NCBI GenBank assembly: GCA_019058315.1
Contig: JAHPZH010000005.1
Location: forward strand, 1-64,000
Length of the DNA stretch: 64,000 nt
Reading direction: 5' to 3'
From: Candidatus Helarchaeota archaeon
GTDB lineage: Archaea > Asgardarchaeota > Lokiarchaeia > Helarchaeales > RDOG01
The translations under genes and the position numbers were made by a program. The number at the start of each line of letters is the position of its first letter. The stretch's first letter is position 1. The notes under the pieces are model-generated. The model saw nothing but the letters and a program-made list of their open reading frames with translations, made no database searches and was not told where the DNA came from. Below, piece by piece: positions 27,471 to 36,843 of the stretch.

Positions 27471-28607
27471 TTATTTTGATAACTGATAGGTTTTACCCGT
27501 TTCAATCATGGCTTTAAAATTCTCATATTTACAATTAGGGGGAACTTGGCAACCAGAGCCTAAAAGATGTCCTCCATCAACCCCCAGTTTATCAATTAGT
27601 TTTTTACAGTAATCTGCAACGTCTTTTGGTGTTCCTAAAGATAGAAGTGTGGGATGAACATCACTCATAATACATAGATGATTCTCCAGAACTTTTTTTG
27701 CAGCAAAAATATCTGTAAGACCATCGAAATCAAGGATAGCAGAGCCTTTGGGGAGCTCTTTAAAATACGGGATATTTTTGTCCCAACATTGATCAAGATG
27801 AAACCAAGGAATAATACCTTTAGGATGCCATGCATCAATCAATTTTTTTGTATATGGCCACCAAAAACGCTCAAATATTTTTAGGGGATAGAAAAATGCC
27901 TCTGCTCGTTCTTCCGGAATAAACACAAATTTATTGCCAGTTCTTTTGCTAGTTTTTATCCCTTCCTCAATATACTCATCCATCATAACCTCTAAGGCAG
28001 GTTCAACCATTTCAGGGCGATAATAGAGATCTTCTGTAAACTTAATTAATGATCGACTGAGCGATAGAATGAAAAAGGGATGGTTGAATGTTGTTGCTAA
28101 GTTAAGACCTATTTTCCTTTTATTCCACTTAATTTGTGCCTTAAATGCTATACTCAAAAAATCTGCTTTTGCCTTGCGAAACTCTTCTGGGGTTTTAAAG
28201 TCTGAGATTCGAAATATAAATTCTTCTTTAATGAACTTTTTCCACCCCATATCTGCTATTTTCTTGTAGTCTTCGTATTTTAACCATTCTTTCTCATCAA
28301 ATTGGAGTTGGTAATTATTAGGCAGATGCTTACCGGGAACTTTGACTTTAAGTCCTCCTGAATTATAATTAATTTCTGTCAAAGGAACCATATTATATCC
28401 ATCCCAACCTCCAAGATCATCAAATACCTTAATTATAGCATCTATTCCTTTTTCTAAATCGCTATGCAAATCGCCTAATTCCAAATTCAAGAAAGTTGCT
28501 GCTGCTGGTATATCAAATAAAGGAACAATAGGAACACGATCGGGTTTTTCTAGATTAACTGCTGAAAGGACTCTTTCTTTGGGAGTCATTGTTTCTTCTT
28601 TAACCAT
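27471..28607 (-). CDS. UROD/MtaA/CmuA-family corrinoid methyltransferase, copy 1
   Basis: Same length (378 aa) as and near-identical to 26245-27381. Confidence 0.85.
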   Translation of the reverse strand: MVKEETMTPKERVLSAVNLEKPDRVPIVPLFDIPAAATFLNLELGDLHSDLEKGIDAIIKVFDDLGGWDGYNMVPLTEINYNSGGLKVKVPGKHLPNNYQLQFDEKEWLKYEDYKKIADMGWKKFIKEEFIFRISDFKTPEEFRKAKADFLSIAFKAQIKWNKRKIGLNLATTFNHPFFILSLSRSLIKFTEDLYYRPEMVEPALEVMMDEYIEEGIKTSKRTGNKFVFIPEERAEAFFYPLKIFERFWWPYTKKLIDAWHPKGIIPWFHLDQCWDKNIPYFKELPKGSAILDFDGLTDIFAAKKVLENHLCIMSDVHPTLLSLGTPKDVADYCKKLIDKLGVDGGHLLGSGCQVPPNCKYENFKAMIETGKTYQLSK

Positions 28608-28622
28608 AGATTTGTTCTCCTT

Positions 28623-29261
28623 TTAAACTTGTACTTTAATTTTTTTATTTTCTAAGCAATATTTCACTCCTTCCATAGCATCAATAGTCTGAAAATCCGC
28701 TTTAATATAATCTTTTACGAGAGGTGTGGTTATACCTCCACCCACCATTATTTTAAATTGATCTCTAATACCAGCTTTTTCCAGTTGCTCTACGGCTTCC
28801 TTCATTGGTTCAAAAGTCGGAGTTATAAGTGCGGAGAAACCAATAAAATCGGGTTTGAATTCTTTCACTTTATCAATAATTAATTGAGGTTCAACATCCA
28901 CTCCTAAATCAAGAACGTCAAATCCTTCTGTAGTTAGAAGTGTTGCGAAGATGTTTTTGCCAATATCATGAATATCACCTTTCAGAGTAGCAAGTAATAC
29001 TTTACCTTTATCTGCTTTCTGTTTTCCCTTAGTTAAATATGGTTTAATAATTGACATTGCTTCTTTAAAGATTTCTCCAGATAAAATTAATTCAGCCAGA
29101 AAATATTCATTATTTTTAAATTTTTCACCAACGATTGTCATACCTTGCTTACATTCATCGATTAAAATAAGTGGATCTTCCCCCTTATTAAGGCGCTCTT
29201 CAAGTTCTTTGAGTACTTTATCTTTTTCGAGTTCAACTATATTATTTTGTAAGTTAGACAT
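28623..29261 (-). CDS. Cobalamin-binding corrinoid protein (MtaC/MtbC-like)
   Basis: B12 cap domain plus GDIHDIGKN, DLGVDV, SALIT, VGGG. Confidence 0.92.
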   Translation of the reverse strand: MSNLQNNIVELEKDKVLKELEERLNKGEDPLILIDECKQGMTIVGEKFKNNEYFLAELILSGEIFKEAMSIIKPYLTKGKQKADKGKVLLATLKGDIHDIGKNIFATLLTTEGFDVLDLGVDVEPQLIIDKVKEFKPDFIGFSALITPTFEPMKEAVEQLEKAGIRDQFKIMVGGGITTPLVKDYIKADFQTIDAMEGVKYCLENKKIKVQV

Positions 29262-29285
29262 GATATTTCATTTTTTATGGTCATT

Positions 29286-29372
29286 TTAATGATCATTAAT
29301 GATCAGCGATCAGTGAAAATCTTTTAAATAATCTGATCAATTAATAGTTAGAAACTAGATAGTCAATGATCA
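29286..29372. promoter_or_regulatory. TGATCA operator array in a divergent promoter
   Basis: Perfect palindromes TTAATGATCATTAA (29286-29299) and TGATCATTAATGATCA (29290-29305); TGATCA also at 29334 and 29367. Confidence 0.6.
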
Positions 29373-29457
29373 TTTTTTGTTTTTAAATATTTTTATTTAA
29401 ATTAATATTTCTGGAAACTCAACTGAAAAAAGGTATTAATAAAGAGGTTCGATTTAA

Positions 29458-30192
29458 ATGAGCAGTCAAAATGGCTTAAATAATGTTGAAAAAAAATATT
29501 TCAAGAAAGTAAGTAAAAGAAATATAAGAATCGAGATTTTAGAGTTGTTAAAAATTTTTAAATTTGGACTTAACATCTCTCAAATAGCTAAAGAGTTGAA
29601 AATAAGTAGAAACACGGTAAAAAAATATTTAGCGATTCTAGAAAAAGAATCATTAATAAAAGTGACAGAAATAGGGCGATCTAGAATATGTATGTTACAA
29701 AAAATAATTCAAAAAAGTAAAATGGACAAATTACAAGATTATTTTAATGATTATATCAGGGCTTTTTATAAGGCATTTGATAAAATAGTCTCACCTCTTT
29801 CTTCTAACTTAAATGATTTAATTAAAAATATCGGGATAGAAATGAGTAATAACATTATTTGGCCCAAGATCGAAATATCAAAAGATGGAAAAATTGCATT
29901 AGACCAGATTGCTTCAGTTGCATTACAACATCTGGAGTTTATAAATGAGTTTGGGAATTATATTAAAGCAGAAAGTGTTCCCACACTTGATGATAATACT
30001 AAAAATTCTATACTTCTACGAGTAGAATTTATTGGTTTTAATTTTGGATCTACAGATTTCTATTATCATTTAACTGCGGGTTTTTATGAAAAAAAACTTC
30101 AAGATAATTTTGGTAAAAAAATATACTTTAACGTTCATAAAATTGAAAGAAAGATTCCTTGTTGTTATTTTAAATTAGGTATTCATGAGTAA
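29458..30192 (+). CDS. wHTH transcriptional regulator with C-terminal V4R-like domain
   Basis: LNISQIAKELKISRNTVKKYL; IGIEM...YHLTAGFYE...CCYF. Confidence 0.75.
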   Translation: MSSQNGLNNVEKKYFKKVSKRNIRIEILELLKIFKFGLNISQIAKELKISRNTVKKYLAILEKESLIKVTEIGRSRICMLQKIIQKSKMDKLQDYFNDYIRAFYKAFDKIVSPLSSNLNDLIKNIGIEMSNNIIWPKIEISKDGKIALDQIASVALQHLEFINEFGNYIKAESVPTLDDNTKNSILLRVEFIGFNFGSTDFYYHLTAGFYEKKLQDNFGKKIYFNVHKIERKIPCCYFKLGIHE

Positions 30193-30261
30193 TTTATTCA
30201 AATTATGAATTTAACCATAAAGAATTGAGTAATGAATTTGATGTTTATGTTTTTATCTTAA

Positions 30262-30516
30262 TTAAAATAATACGCTAAGGATAATAGCAACTATTATAAT
30301 GAAGAAAAACCAAAAAGTAATAATTGTTTTGAGTCTTCGCCTTAGCTTTATTTGTCTAATAGCTTCTTTATGTTTCTTTTCTGCATACATTCGATACGAG
30401 ACTTCTACTGAAGTTCGGCTAGCGCGGCGGAGTGTTCTTCTACTTGATCTTCTCAATAAGCGCCGAGTTCTTCCCCAGTAGGGGCTTTCTTGATCCCTTC
30501 CAGTATATTTTGTCAA
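30262..30516 (-). CDS. Arg-rich tail-anchored small protein
   Basis: RTRRLLRRSSRRTLRRASR; C-terminal TM; GAGGA RBS with TTG start. Confidence 0.55.
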   Translation of the reverse strand: MTKYTGRDQESPYWGRTRRLLRRSSRRTLRRASRTSVEVSYRMYAEKKHKEAIRQIKLRRRLKTIITFWFFFIIIVAIILSVLF

Positions 30517-30528
30517 ATAGAATTTCCT

Positions 30529-30939
30529 CTATCTTTCTTCAACGTCTTCTTTTTCTATTAAGACATCACCAATTGTGCATACACCTAATAAAGTTCCGTC
30601 TTTATTAATTATTGGAACTATCTCACTATCATTTTCCATCATATAACTTAAAACTTCGTCTCTAGTCGCAAATTCATCAAAGGCTTTGACCTTTCGTGCA
30701 ATACTAGAAATTTTTATTTCCTTCGGATTTTTTTCTTCAGCAACAATTTTTAAAATTATATCAACTGCAGAAATTATTCCAATAGGTTTATTATAATCAT
30801 CAATTAAGATTAAATCAGGTACATCTTTTTCTTTCATAATTTTAGCTGCTTCTAACACTGATTCGTTTTTTACTGTAGCAAAATCATCATATATTTCTAA
30901 ATCCCCGACTTTCATTTTATCTACCTCTAAAAATATCAT
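30529..30939 (-). CDS. CBS domain pair protein
   Basis: SVLEAAKIMKEK...IGIISAVDI...LLGVCTIGDV. Confidence 0.85.
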   Translation of the reverse strand: MIFLEVDKMKVGDLEIYDDFATVKNESVLEAAKIMKEKDVPDLILIDDYNKPIGIISAVDIILKIVAEEKNPKEIKISSIARKVKAFDEFATRDEVLSYMMENDSEIVPIINKDGTLLGVCTIGDVLIEKEDVEER

Positions 30940-30971
30940 TAATCTGATCTTATAATTAATATAAAGATATT

Positions 30972-31220
30972 TTAATCAATTGGGGGGTATTTATTTTGAA
31001 TAACATCCCTTCCTTCTTCAATATATTTCTCATAACATGCTTCACTGCAAAAAATATAGCTTACATGGATATGTTTAAAATGGCTTGTTTCCCCAGGCAA
31101 TTTTCTGTCTATCCTTGTCCTATAAATTCGGTATTTTTTTTCTTCGGGTTTAAAATCTTTTAGTTCTTTATTACATACCGAACATCTTATGATTTCATCT
31201 GTATTTTTCATTTTATTCAA
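30972..31220 (-). CDS. TRASH/MYM-like zinc-finger protein
   Basis: CSVC...YIFCSEACY. Confidence 0.65.
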   Translation of the reverse strand: MNKMKNTDEIIRCSVCNKELKDFKPEEKKYRIYRTRIDRKLPGETSHFKHIHVSYIFCSEACYEKYIEEGRDVIQNKYPPID

Positions 31221-31354
31221 TCAGAATTATATGTAAATTGAGTATTTTACTAATCTAATAAGTAATCATTTGGTAAAAATTATTAATAGTAATTAAATTT
31301 TTACATAATTACAAATTTTTTAAATATTAATTCAAAGAAATTAAATGGTAAGAA

Positions 31355-31792
31355 TTGAAGAAAATAGAACAATTTCGAGGTAAGTATTTCTTTCTTTCCA
31401 ATTTTAGCAGGATTCCTGTGACTTTAGATAATATAACTTATCCTACTTCAGAGCATGCTTATCAAGCATATAAAACAGAAAACTTAGGTGAAAGAAAAAA
31501 AATCTCCCATTTAACTACTCCTGCAAAGGCTAAAAAGTATGGTAATAAATTAGAACTGCGAAAAGATTGGAATTCAATTAAGTTAGGAATTATGGAAAAT
31601 ATTATTCGCCAGAAATTTTTACAAAATCTAAATTATTTAAAGAAATTAATAGAAACTGGGAATACGGAATTAATAGAAGGAAATACTTGGAAAGATACTT
31701 ATTGGGGAGTATATAAAAGCAAAGGATTAAATCATCTTGGTAAAATACTCATGAAGATTAGAGACGAATTAAAGGATCATGAAGTGCCCTAA
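31355..31792 (+). CDS. NADAR family protein (YbiA-like N-glycosidase)
   Basis: FLSNF; YPTSEHAYQAYK; LRKDW; KFLQN; LIEGNTWKDTYWG; GLNHLGKILM. Confidence 0.9.
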   Translation: MKKIEQFRGKYFFLSNFSRIPVTLDNITYPTSEHAYQAYKTENLGERKKISHLTTPAKAKKYGNKLELRKDWNSIKLGIMENIIRQKFLQNLNYLKKLIETGNTELIEGNTWKDTYWGVYKSKGLNHLGKILMKIRDELKDHEVP

Positions 31793-31804
31793 GTTAATAC
31801 AGAA

Positions 31805-33265
31805 TTATTTTATAGAAAGAATTGAAATTAATTCGGTAATATCGTTTACTTTTTCTAAGTTTTGAACCATTTTTACAACTTTATTTATTTGTTCATCAGG
31901 CATTGTTATGTATTTTGCTTCTTGCTTGAATTTATTTTCTATTGGATATGGGTTTCCTGGCGTTCCAAGAGGTTCTTCTTGTTTTGCTTTATATTTCTTC
32001 CCATCCTTCATTTTAATAACAACTTTGCCTCCAAAATACATTCTAAATTTTTCTGCATCAGTGCTTTTTAATTTTAAATCCTCAATTCCGCTTCCAGATA
32101 ACCCAGAAGCAATACCAGCTGTTTTTGCTGTAAGTCCTATATCCATCGATAACTGAACTTTTTTAGATAATTCTTGGATTTCGGGGTCTGTAATTCGCTC
32201 TTCTGTAAATTGATCAGGAGTTAATTTTTTGTCAATAAGTATAACAGCTACATTATAAGGTATGGAAAAATTCAGTGCTGTATGAGATTTAGTTCTTTTT
32301 ATTTCTTCTAAATTTGTGAATGGTCTAGATAAATCATCCATTGTTGGCATTAGGATCGTTCCGGAAACATCTATTTTTTCAATTTCATGATAATCTAGAC
32401 CTGGATTTTTCTGAAGGATTTCAAGTAAACAATCTGCGACAGGGTCTAGGTAGGCACAGCCAGGGTAGATTTTATAACAAATTGTTTCTGTTACCCAAAA
32501 TTCTCCTAAGGAAACATCTATAAAATTAGTTAGAGGAACATCTGCATTAAAATTACACCATCCAACTGGATTTTCAAAAATATCCAAAGCACCTGTAAAC
32601 CCATCTTTAGCAAGGTATGCAGAATGGATCCCTATTTTTGCTGGGACTGCAGCTGTTAGAAGTTTTGCCATTGGACCCATAAATCCACGATATGTACAAG
32701 TGGTAGGAATAGCATATGCGATACCAAGAGAATTTGCAATCTGATCTTCTGTTGAACCTAAAATTCTTCCAGCTATACATGCTGAGCTTGCTAAATGAAT
32801 AAAGCTTAAAGTTTGCCCATTCAAAGGTCCAATAATGACCGAAGCTCCAACTCTTCCAGCAATTTCATTGCCTATAAGAACATTTGTTATTAATTCCTTT
32901 CCACTAATCTTGTATTTTTCACCAAGGGCTAATGAGACATTTACAGCAGATACACCAGTATGTCCTGCATATAAATAATCAACATAATCAAGAGCAATAG
33001 TTGACGCAGCATTTATGTAAACAGCATTTTCCAAGGATGTTTTATCTCCAGATGGAAATATTGTAACATCTTTTCCACCATTAAAGTTCTCAAGTGTACA
33101 TTTTCTAAGGATTTTAGCGGCTAAAGTTTGTGATCCTGCGTACATCCCACCTAAAACACCTAAGATTTCATCTTTCGCTTTTTTAATCACTGTATCTGGT
33201 ATTTTATTAAATGATAAATTTTTAACAAATTTCCCTATATTTTGAGCTTTTGTATCCAAATTCAT
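31805..33265 (-). CDS. MmgE/PrpD-family protein
   Basis: IPDTVIKKAK; ALDYVDY...GHTG; GFTGA; YKIYPGC; FSIPY. Confidence 0.85.
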   Translation of the reverse strand: MNLDTKAQNIGKFVKNLSFNKIPDTVIKKAKDEILGVLGGMYAGSQTLAAKILRKCTLENFNGGKDVTIFPSGDKTSLENAVYINAASTIALDYVDYLYAGHTGVSAVNVSLALGEKYKISGKELITNVLIGNEIAGRVGASVIIGPLNGQTLSFIHLASSACIAGRILGSTEDQIANSLGIAYAIPTTCTYRGFMGPMAKLLTAAVPAKIGIHSAYLAKDGFTGALDIFENPVGWCNFNADVPLTNFIDVSLGEFWVTETICYKIYPGCAYLDPVADCLLEILQKNPGLDYHEIEKIDVSGTILMPTMDDLSRPFTNLEEIKRTKSHTALNFSIPYNVAVILIDKKLTPDQFTEERITDPEIQELSKKVQLSMDIGLTAKTAGIASGLSGSGIEDLKLKSTDAEKFRMYFGGKVVIKMKDGKKYKAKQEEPLGTPGNPYPIENKFKQEAKYITMPDEQINKVVKMVQNLEKVNDITELISILSIK

Positions 33266-33269
33266 CCCT

Positions 33270-33671
33270 CTATTTAAATTTTAAAATTTTTAATGAAATT
33301 AGACTCGAAAGTAAAATTGAAAACATCATTGCATTCATCCAATTTGCTCTTAAATTACTAATTTTTGCTACCCCAGAAACAACATTATATATTAAAGTTT
33401 CTTCACCTGTAAAGACTCGAATCCACATATCTTTTTGAGATTTTATACTAAAATTAATAGCTGGATTTTTTTCAGTTGATATCTCTTGCTTATCTTGACT
33501 AATTACCAGAGAAAGATAAGGTGTTTTCTTCTCATCCGTAATTTCCAAGTTTGTAGCAACACTTAAATTTAAAGCGTTTAATAAATCTGTTCCCCCAAAT
33601 TCAGAAAGTCTCTCAAAAATTAGACCTATCCTTTGAGCTAGAACTTGAAAATATTCGATTATTTCAGTCAT
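33270..33671 (-). CDS. SCP2-like lipid-binding protein
   Basis: FSIKSQKDMWIRVFTGE...SGVAKI; similar to 38302-38685. Confidence 0.55.
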   Translation of the reverse strand: MTEIIEYFQVLAQRIGLIFERLSEFGGTDLLNALNLSVATNLEITDEKKTPYLSLVISQDKQEISTEKNPAINFSIKSQKDMWIRVFTGEETLIYNVVSGVAKISNLRANWMNAMMFSILLSSLISLKILKFK

Positions 33672-33953
33672 AAAATCCTAACCAATTAATAATTTATTTT
33701 TTAATTTTATTTGCTATATCTTATTAAAAAATTTCGCTTATATTTACTAATATAAATCATAATTAAATCCAAAAAAGTTTTTATTTTGCCTTTCTAAATT
33801 TAGTGAAAGAAATAGATAAATTATAATTATATCACAATTTTAATAATATGAGTAAATTAAGTGTGAAAGAAAAATTCAGAACTAACAAGTGAAATATAGT
33901 AAAAAATCAAGTTTCTAATATTTATAATGAGTTAGATAAAATAGGTGAAATAA

Positions 33954-35123
33954 ATGGCATATAATGTGGGCAAAAAGATGTTGAACATGTTTTTAAATGA
34001 ATTTCTACGAAAACAAGGAAATAGTATAGGAGCAGTGGAAAAATATTTCAATAAAATACAAAATAATGAAAAAAGTGACTTAGAAAGGAAAATTTCAGAT
34101 TCTGAATCTAGAATTAATTCGAACATGAAAGATATTGAGCGAATTAAAAAGGATATAAAAACGTCAAAAGATAAAAAGAAGGATAAAGAAAAAGAATTGA
34201 ACCGGAAACAAGACCTTGTTAATGAACTTAAAAATAAGATTAAAGAATATAGTAAAACTATAAGTAAATTGCCGGGAAATGCTAAAGATAAAGTTAATGA
34301 AGTAAGAAGCATATTAAAAGAATTTTATAAGTTATCAACTGCTTTTTCTAAAATTTCAACAGGAAAAATAGATATCGATAAGATTATGAAGACGGGTGAT
34401 GATCATTTTAATTACGTAATGAGGCTGAATAATCTAATACCATTTGGTGAATTTATAAGAGATTCGAAATTAGAATTTAAAATAAGTCGCCCTAGAAAAG
34501 AGGTTAAAATCGCTGGTTATAACCAATATATAGCATATTTTTTAGAAACAATATTATATTACATATTAGAAACAGTAGAAGAAGAAAAATTATATAAAAT
34601 TAAAGAGGAATTTGCAGAGAAAGCATTAAGTTATGCTAAAGGCATAATAAAATATGCCAAAGCTGCAAAAAGTACCGATATTGATTATTTCACAGCTTTA
34701 GAAAAGTTATGTGAGAGTGAATATATTTCAGCACTAGCACACCAAGAATTTAGTAATTTTAATTTAGAAAATGCTACAAGTTATTTTTTAGGGGCCAGAA
34801 ATTTATTAAAAGAATTGAATAATTTAGGAAAAAATATTGATACATTAATTTCGGAAAAAATAAATATATTAGAAGCTTGGGCTTCTGATGCTTATCATTT
34901 GATATATTTATTTAATTCTTATAACCGCTGGGCAAATGTTGCGAATTCTGAAAATCCAGAAATAAAAGAAATTGCACAAATTACGAAGGATAAAGTTGAA
35001 GATTTTATTACAAGCCAATATGGCTTCCCAGAAGAGAATAAAATTGAAGAAATCATTAAAAAAATTAAATGGATTGCACCATCTACACCTATCAAATTGG
35101 AGAAGATAGGACCCACTCATTAA
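33954..35123 (+). CDS. Coiled-coil and helical-repeat hypothetical protein
   Basis: Long heptad-rich N-terminal half; GGTGA RBS. Confidence 0.7.
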   Translation: MAYNVGKKMLNMFLNEFLRKQGNSIGAVEKYFNKIQNNEKSDLERKISDSESRINSNMKDIERIKKDIKTSKDKKKDKEKELNRKQDLVNELKNKIKEYSKTISKLPGNAKDKVNEVRSILKEFYKLSTAFSKISTGKIDIDKIMKTGDDHFNYVMRLNNLIPFGEFIRDSKLEFKISRPRKEVKIAGYNQYIAYFLETILYYILETVEEEKLYKIKEEFAEKALSYAKGIIKYAKAAKSTDIDYFTALEKLCESEYISALAHQEFSNFNLENATSYFLGARNLLKELNNLGKNIDTLISEKINILEAWASDAYHLIYLFNSYNRWANVANSENPEIKEIAQITKDKVEDFITSQYGFPEENKIEEIIKKIKWIAPSTPIKLEKIGPTH

Positions 35124-35194
35124 ATTTATTTATATGCAGAAATTTCGCATCTACTCAAGTTTTATATGTTGATGTTAGAGTAAAGGTGTTTTAA

Positions 35195-36838
35195 TTGTCA
35201 AAAAATAATGAAGAAGAAAATGAAAAATCTGATGTGCATGTAATAGAAAAGAAAACAAAATCTTTATATTGGCTTAGATTGGGTTTTTTTAGCTTTGTAT
35301 TTTTGGTTTTTTTCTTTTTTACAGCATTAGTCCTTAATATTTTACCCACAAACGACTTTTATCAAACTTTCATTGATATAATTAGAGAGATTCTAATTTT
35401 ACCTTTAGGACAAACATATTCTTTAGCAGTACCTCAAGAATTATGGCATAATGAAGCAGTATATATTACTTCGGCAATAATTTTAATGTTTTTCACCATA
35501 GGACTTCTTTGTGCAAATGAAGGATTTAAGAATTTCCTCTTTGAAGGATCTTTAAAAAAATGTGCGATTGTTCAAATTCTGTTCTTTTTTTTATTTCTAA
35601 TTGGCTTTTTAAGACTTTTTGTAGTCATGCCTAAGTATTTTGTTATTAATTTACCTAATGGTGAATATAAGATTCTGACTCCAGTTTTTATTCTAATAGC
35701 AGCAACAATAACTTGGCTTATTTTTCAAACATTTGCATTATTCAGACAATCTCGAAGCTCTGCTTCATCAGCTGAGGGATTTTTTTTAAAACATGATAAC
35801 ATAGCTACCTATTCTCTTGTAGTTACTTCGACTTTCTGGGGTTTAATTATAATCGGAGGTTTTGGTTATGGCTATTATATCTTTATAAACATAGCTAGTA
35901 CTTTTGGTGTTGAAACTGACCTTTGGAAAATAATATCCTTAATCATTGGTGGTGCTGTTGTAGTTTCTTGTCTTGTTGCATTTTTCCTTTCAATATTTTC
36001 TAGAACTGAAAAACGTCAACGTATGTACGATAATTTTGCCATAATGGCTACAAATATTTCACTATGGCCTTATATTTTATTAAATTTGGCAATTTATTTT
36101 TTCCTAACTTCATCTGGAGTTGCCGGAGGAGGTGCTGGAGCAGGTAGAGTTCTTTCTATTACAGATTTAGCGATTTCTGTTGTTACTTTAATAATAAGTA
36201 TGAGGGGACTTGGTTCAAAAACTGAGTGGAAATTTGGACCTCTTAAACGTGAAAGTTTTATATTGACTATTTATAGTGCTATTGCGGGTCAATATGGAAT
36301 TCGATATTTAATATTCAGACAACAGCTTATTCCAATAAATATATCAGATTATTTTTCAGTCTTTATTTTAAATGAATTATTAGTCGTTCCGAAGCTAATA
36401 GATCCAGGACTTTTTTGGTTTTATATAGGTCTATTTTATATCGACTTAAACCCCTTTTTTAATACTTATATAATTGATCCACGAATTGAGTTCCTTATAA
36501 ACATGGGTAATCTTATTACTTCTTTTGCAGTTATAGCTCTCTTAATCGGTGCTTTAGTAATGTATGCAACCCATAAAGAAAAATTTGGTGAGATTTTTAG
36601 AATCCACGATGTTGGAGCCAAAGAGGGAAGAATTACTGCAGATTTTATCTATGATTTTATGAAGGAAGAGTTTATAAGACGAAATAAACCCTTTCCAATA
36701 TACGAAATTCAAGAAATTTTGGCTAAATCTCTTGAGTTGGATGTTAATATGACATTAAGACTTATTAATAAATCGGATTTAAGACATAAGGATTTCAATA
36801 TAGATGGAAAGAAAAAGAGATATGTGTATTTCGATTAA
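35195..36838 (+). CDS. Polytopic membrane protein with C-terminal wHTH-like tail
   Basis: About 10-11 hydrophobic segments; IYEIQEILAKSLELDVNMTLRLI tail. Confidence 0.7.
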   Translation: MSKNNEEENEKSDVHVIEKKTKSLYWLRLGFFSFVFLVFFFFTALVLNILPTNDFYQTFIDIIREILILPLGQTYSLAVPQELWHNEAVYITSAIILMFFTIGLLCANEGFKNFLFEGSLKKCAIVQILFFFLFLIGFLRLFVVMPKYFVINLPNGEYKILTPVFILIAATITWLIFQTFALFRQSRSSASSAEGFFLKHDNIATYSLVVTSTFWGLIIIGGFGYGYYIFINIASTFGVETDLWKIISLIIGGAVVVSCLVAFFLSIFSRTEKRQRMYDNFAIMATNISLWPYILLNLAIYFFLTSSGVAGGGAGAGRVLSITDLAISVVTLIISMRGLGSKTEWKFGPLKRESFILTIYSAIAGQYGIRYLIFRQQLIPINISDYFSVFILNELLVVPKLIDPGLFWFYIGLFYIDLNPFFNTYIIDPRIEFLINMGNLITSFAVIALLIGALVMYATHKEKFGEIFRIHDVGAKEGRITADFIYDFMKEEFIRRNKPFPIYEIQEILAKSLELDVNMTLRLINKSDLRHKDFNIDGKKKRYVYFD

Positions 36839-36843
36839 ATAAA

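Noticed and set aside
26245-28607. Assembly artefact explaining the methyltransferase duplication
   Set aside because: The copies differ at many synonymous and several non-synonymous sites throughout
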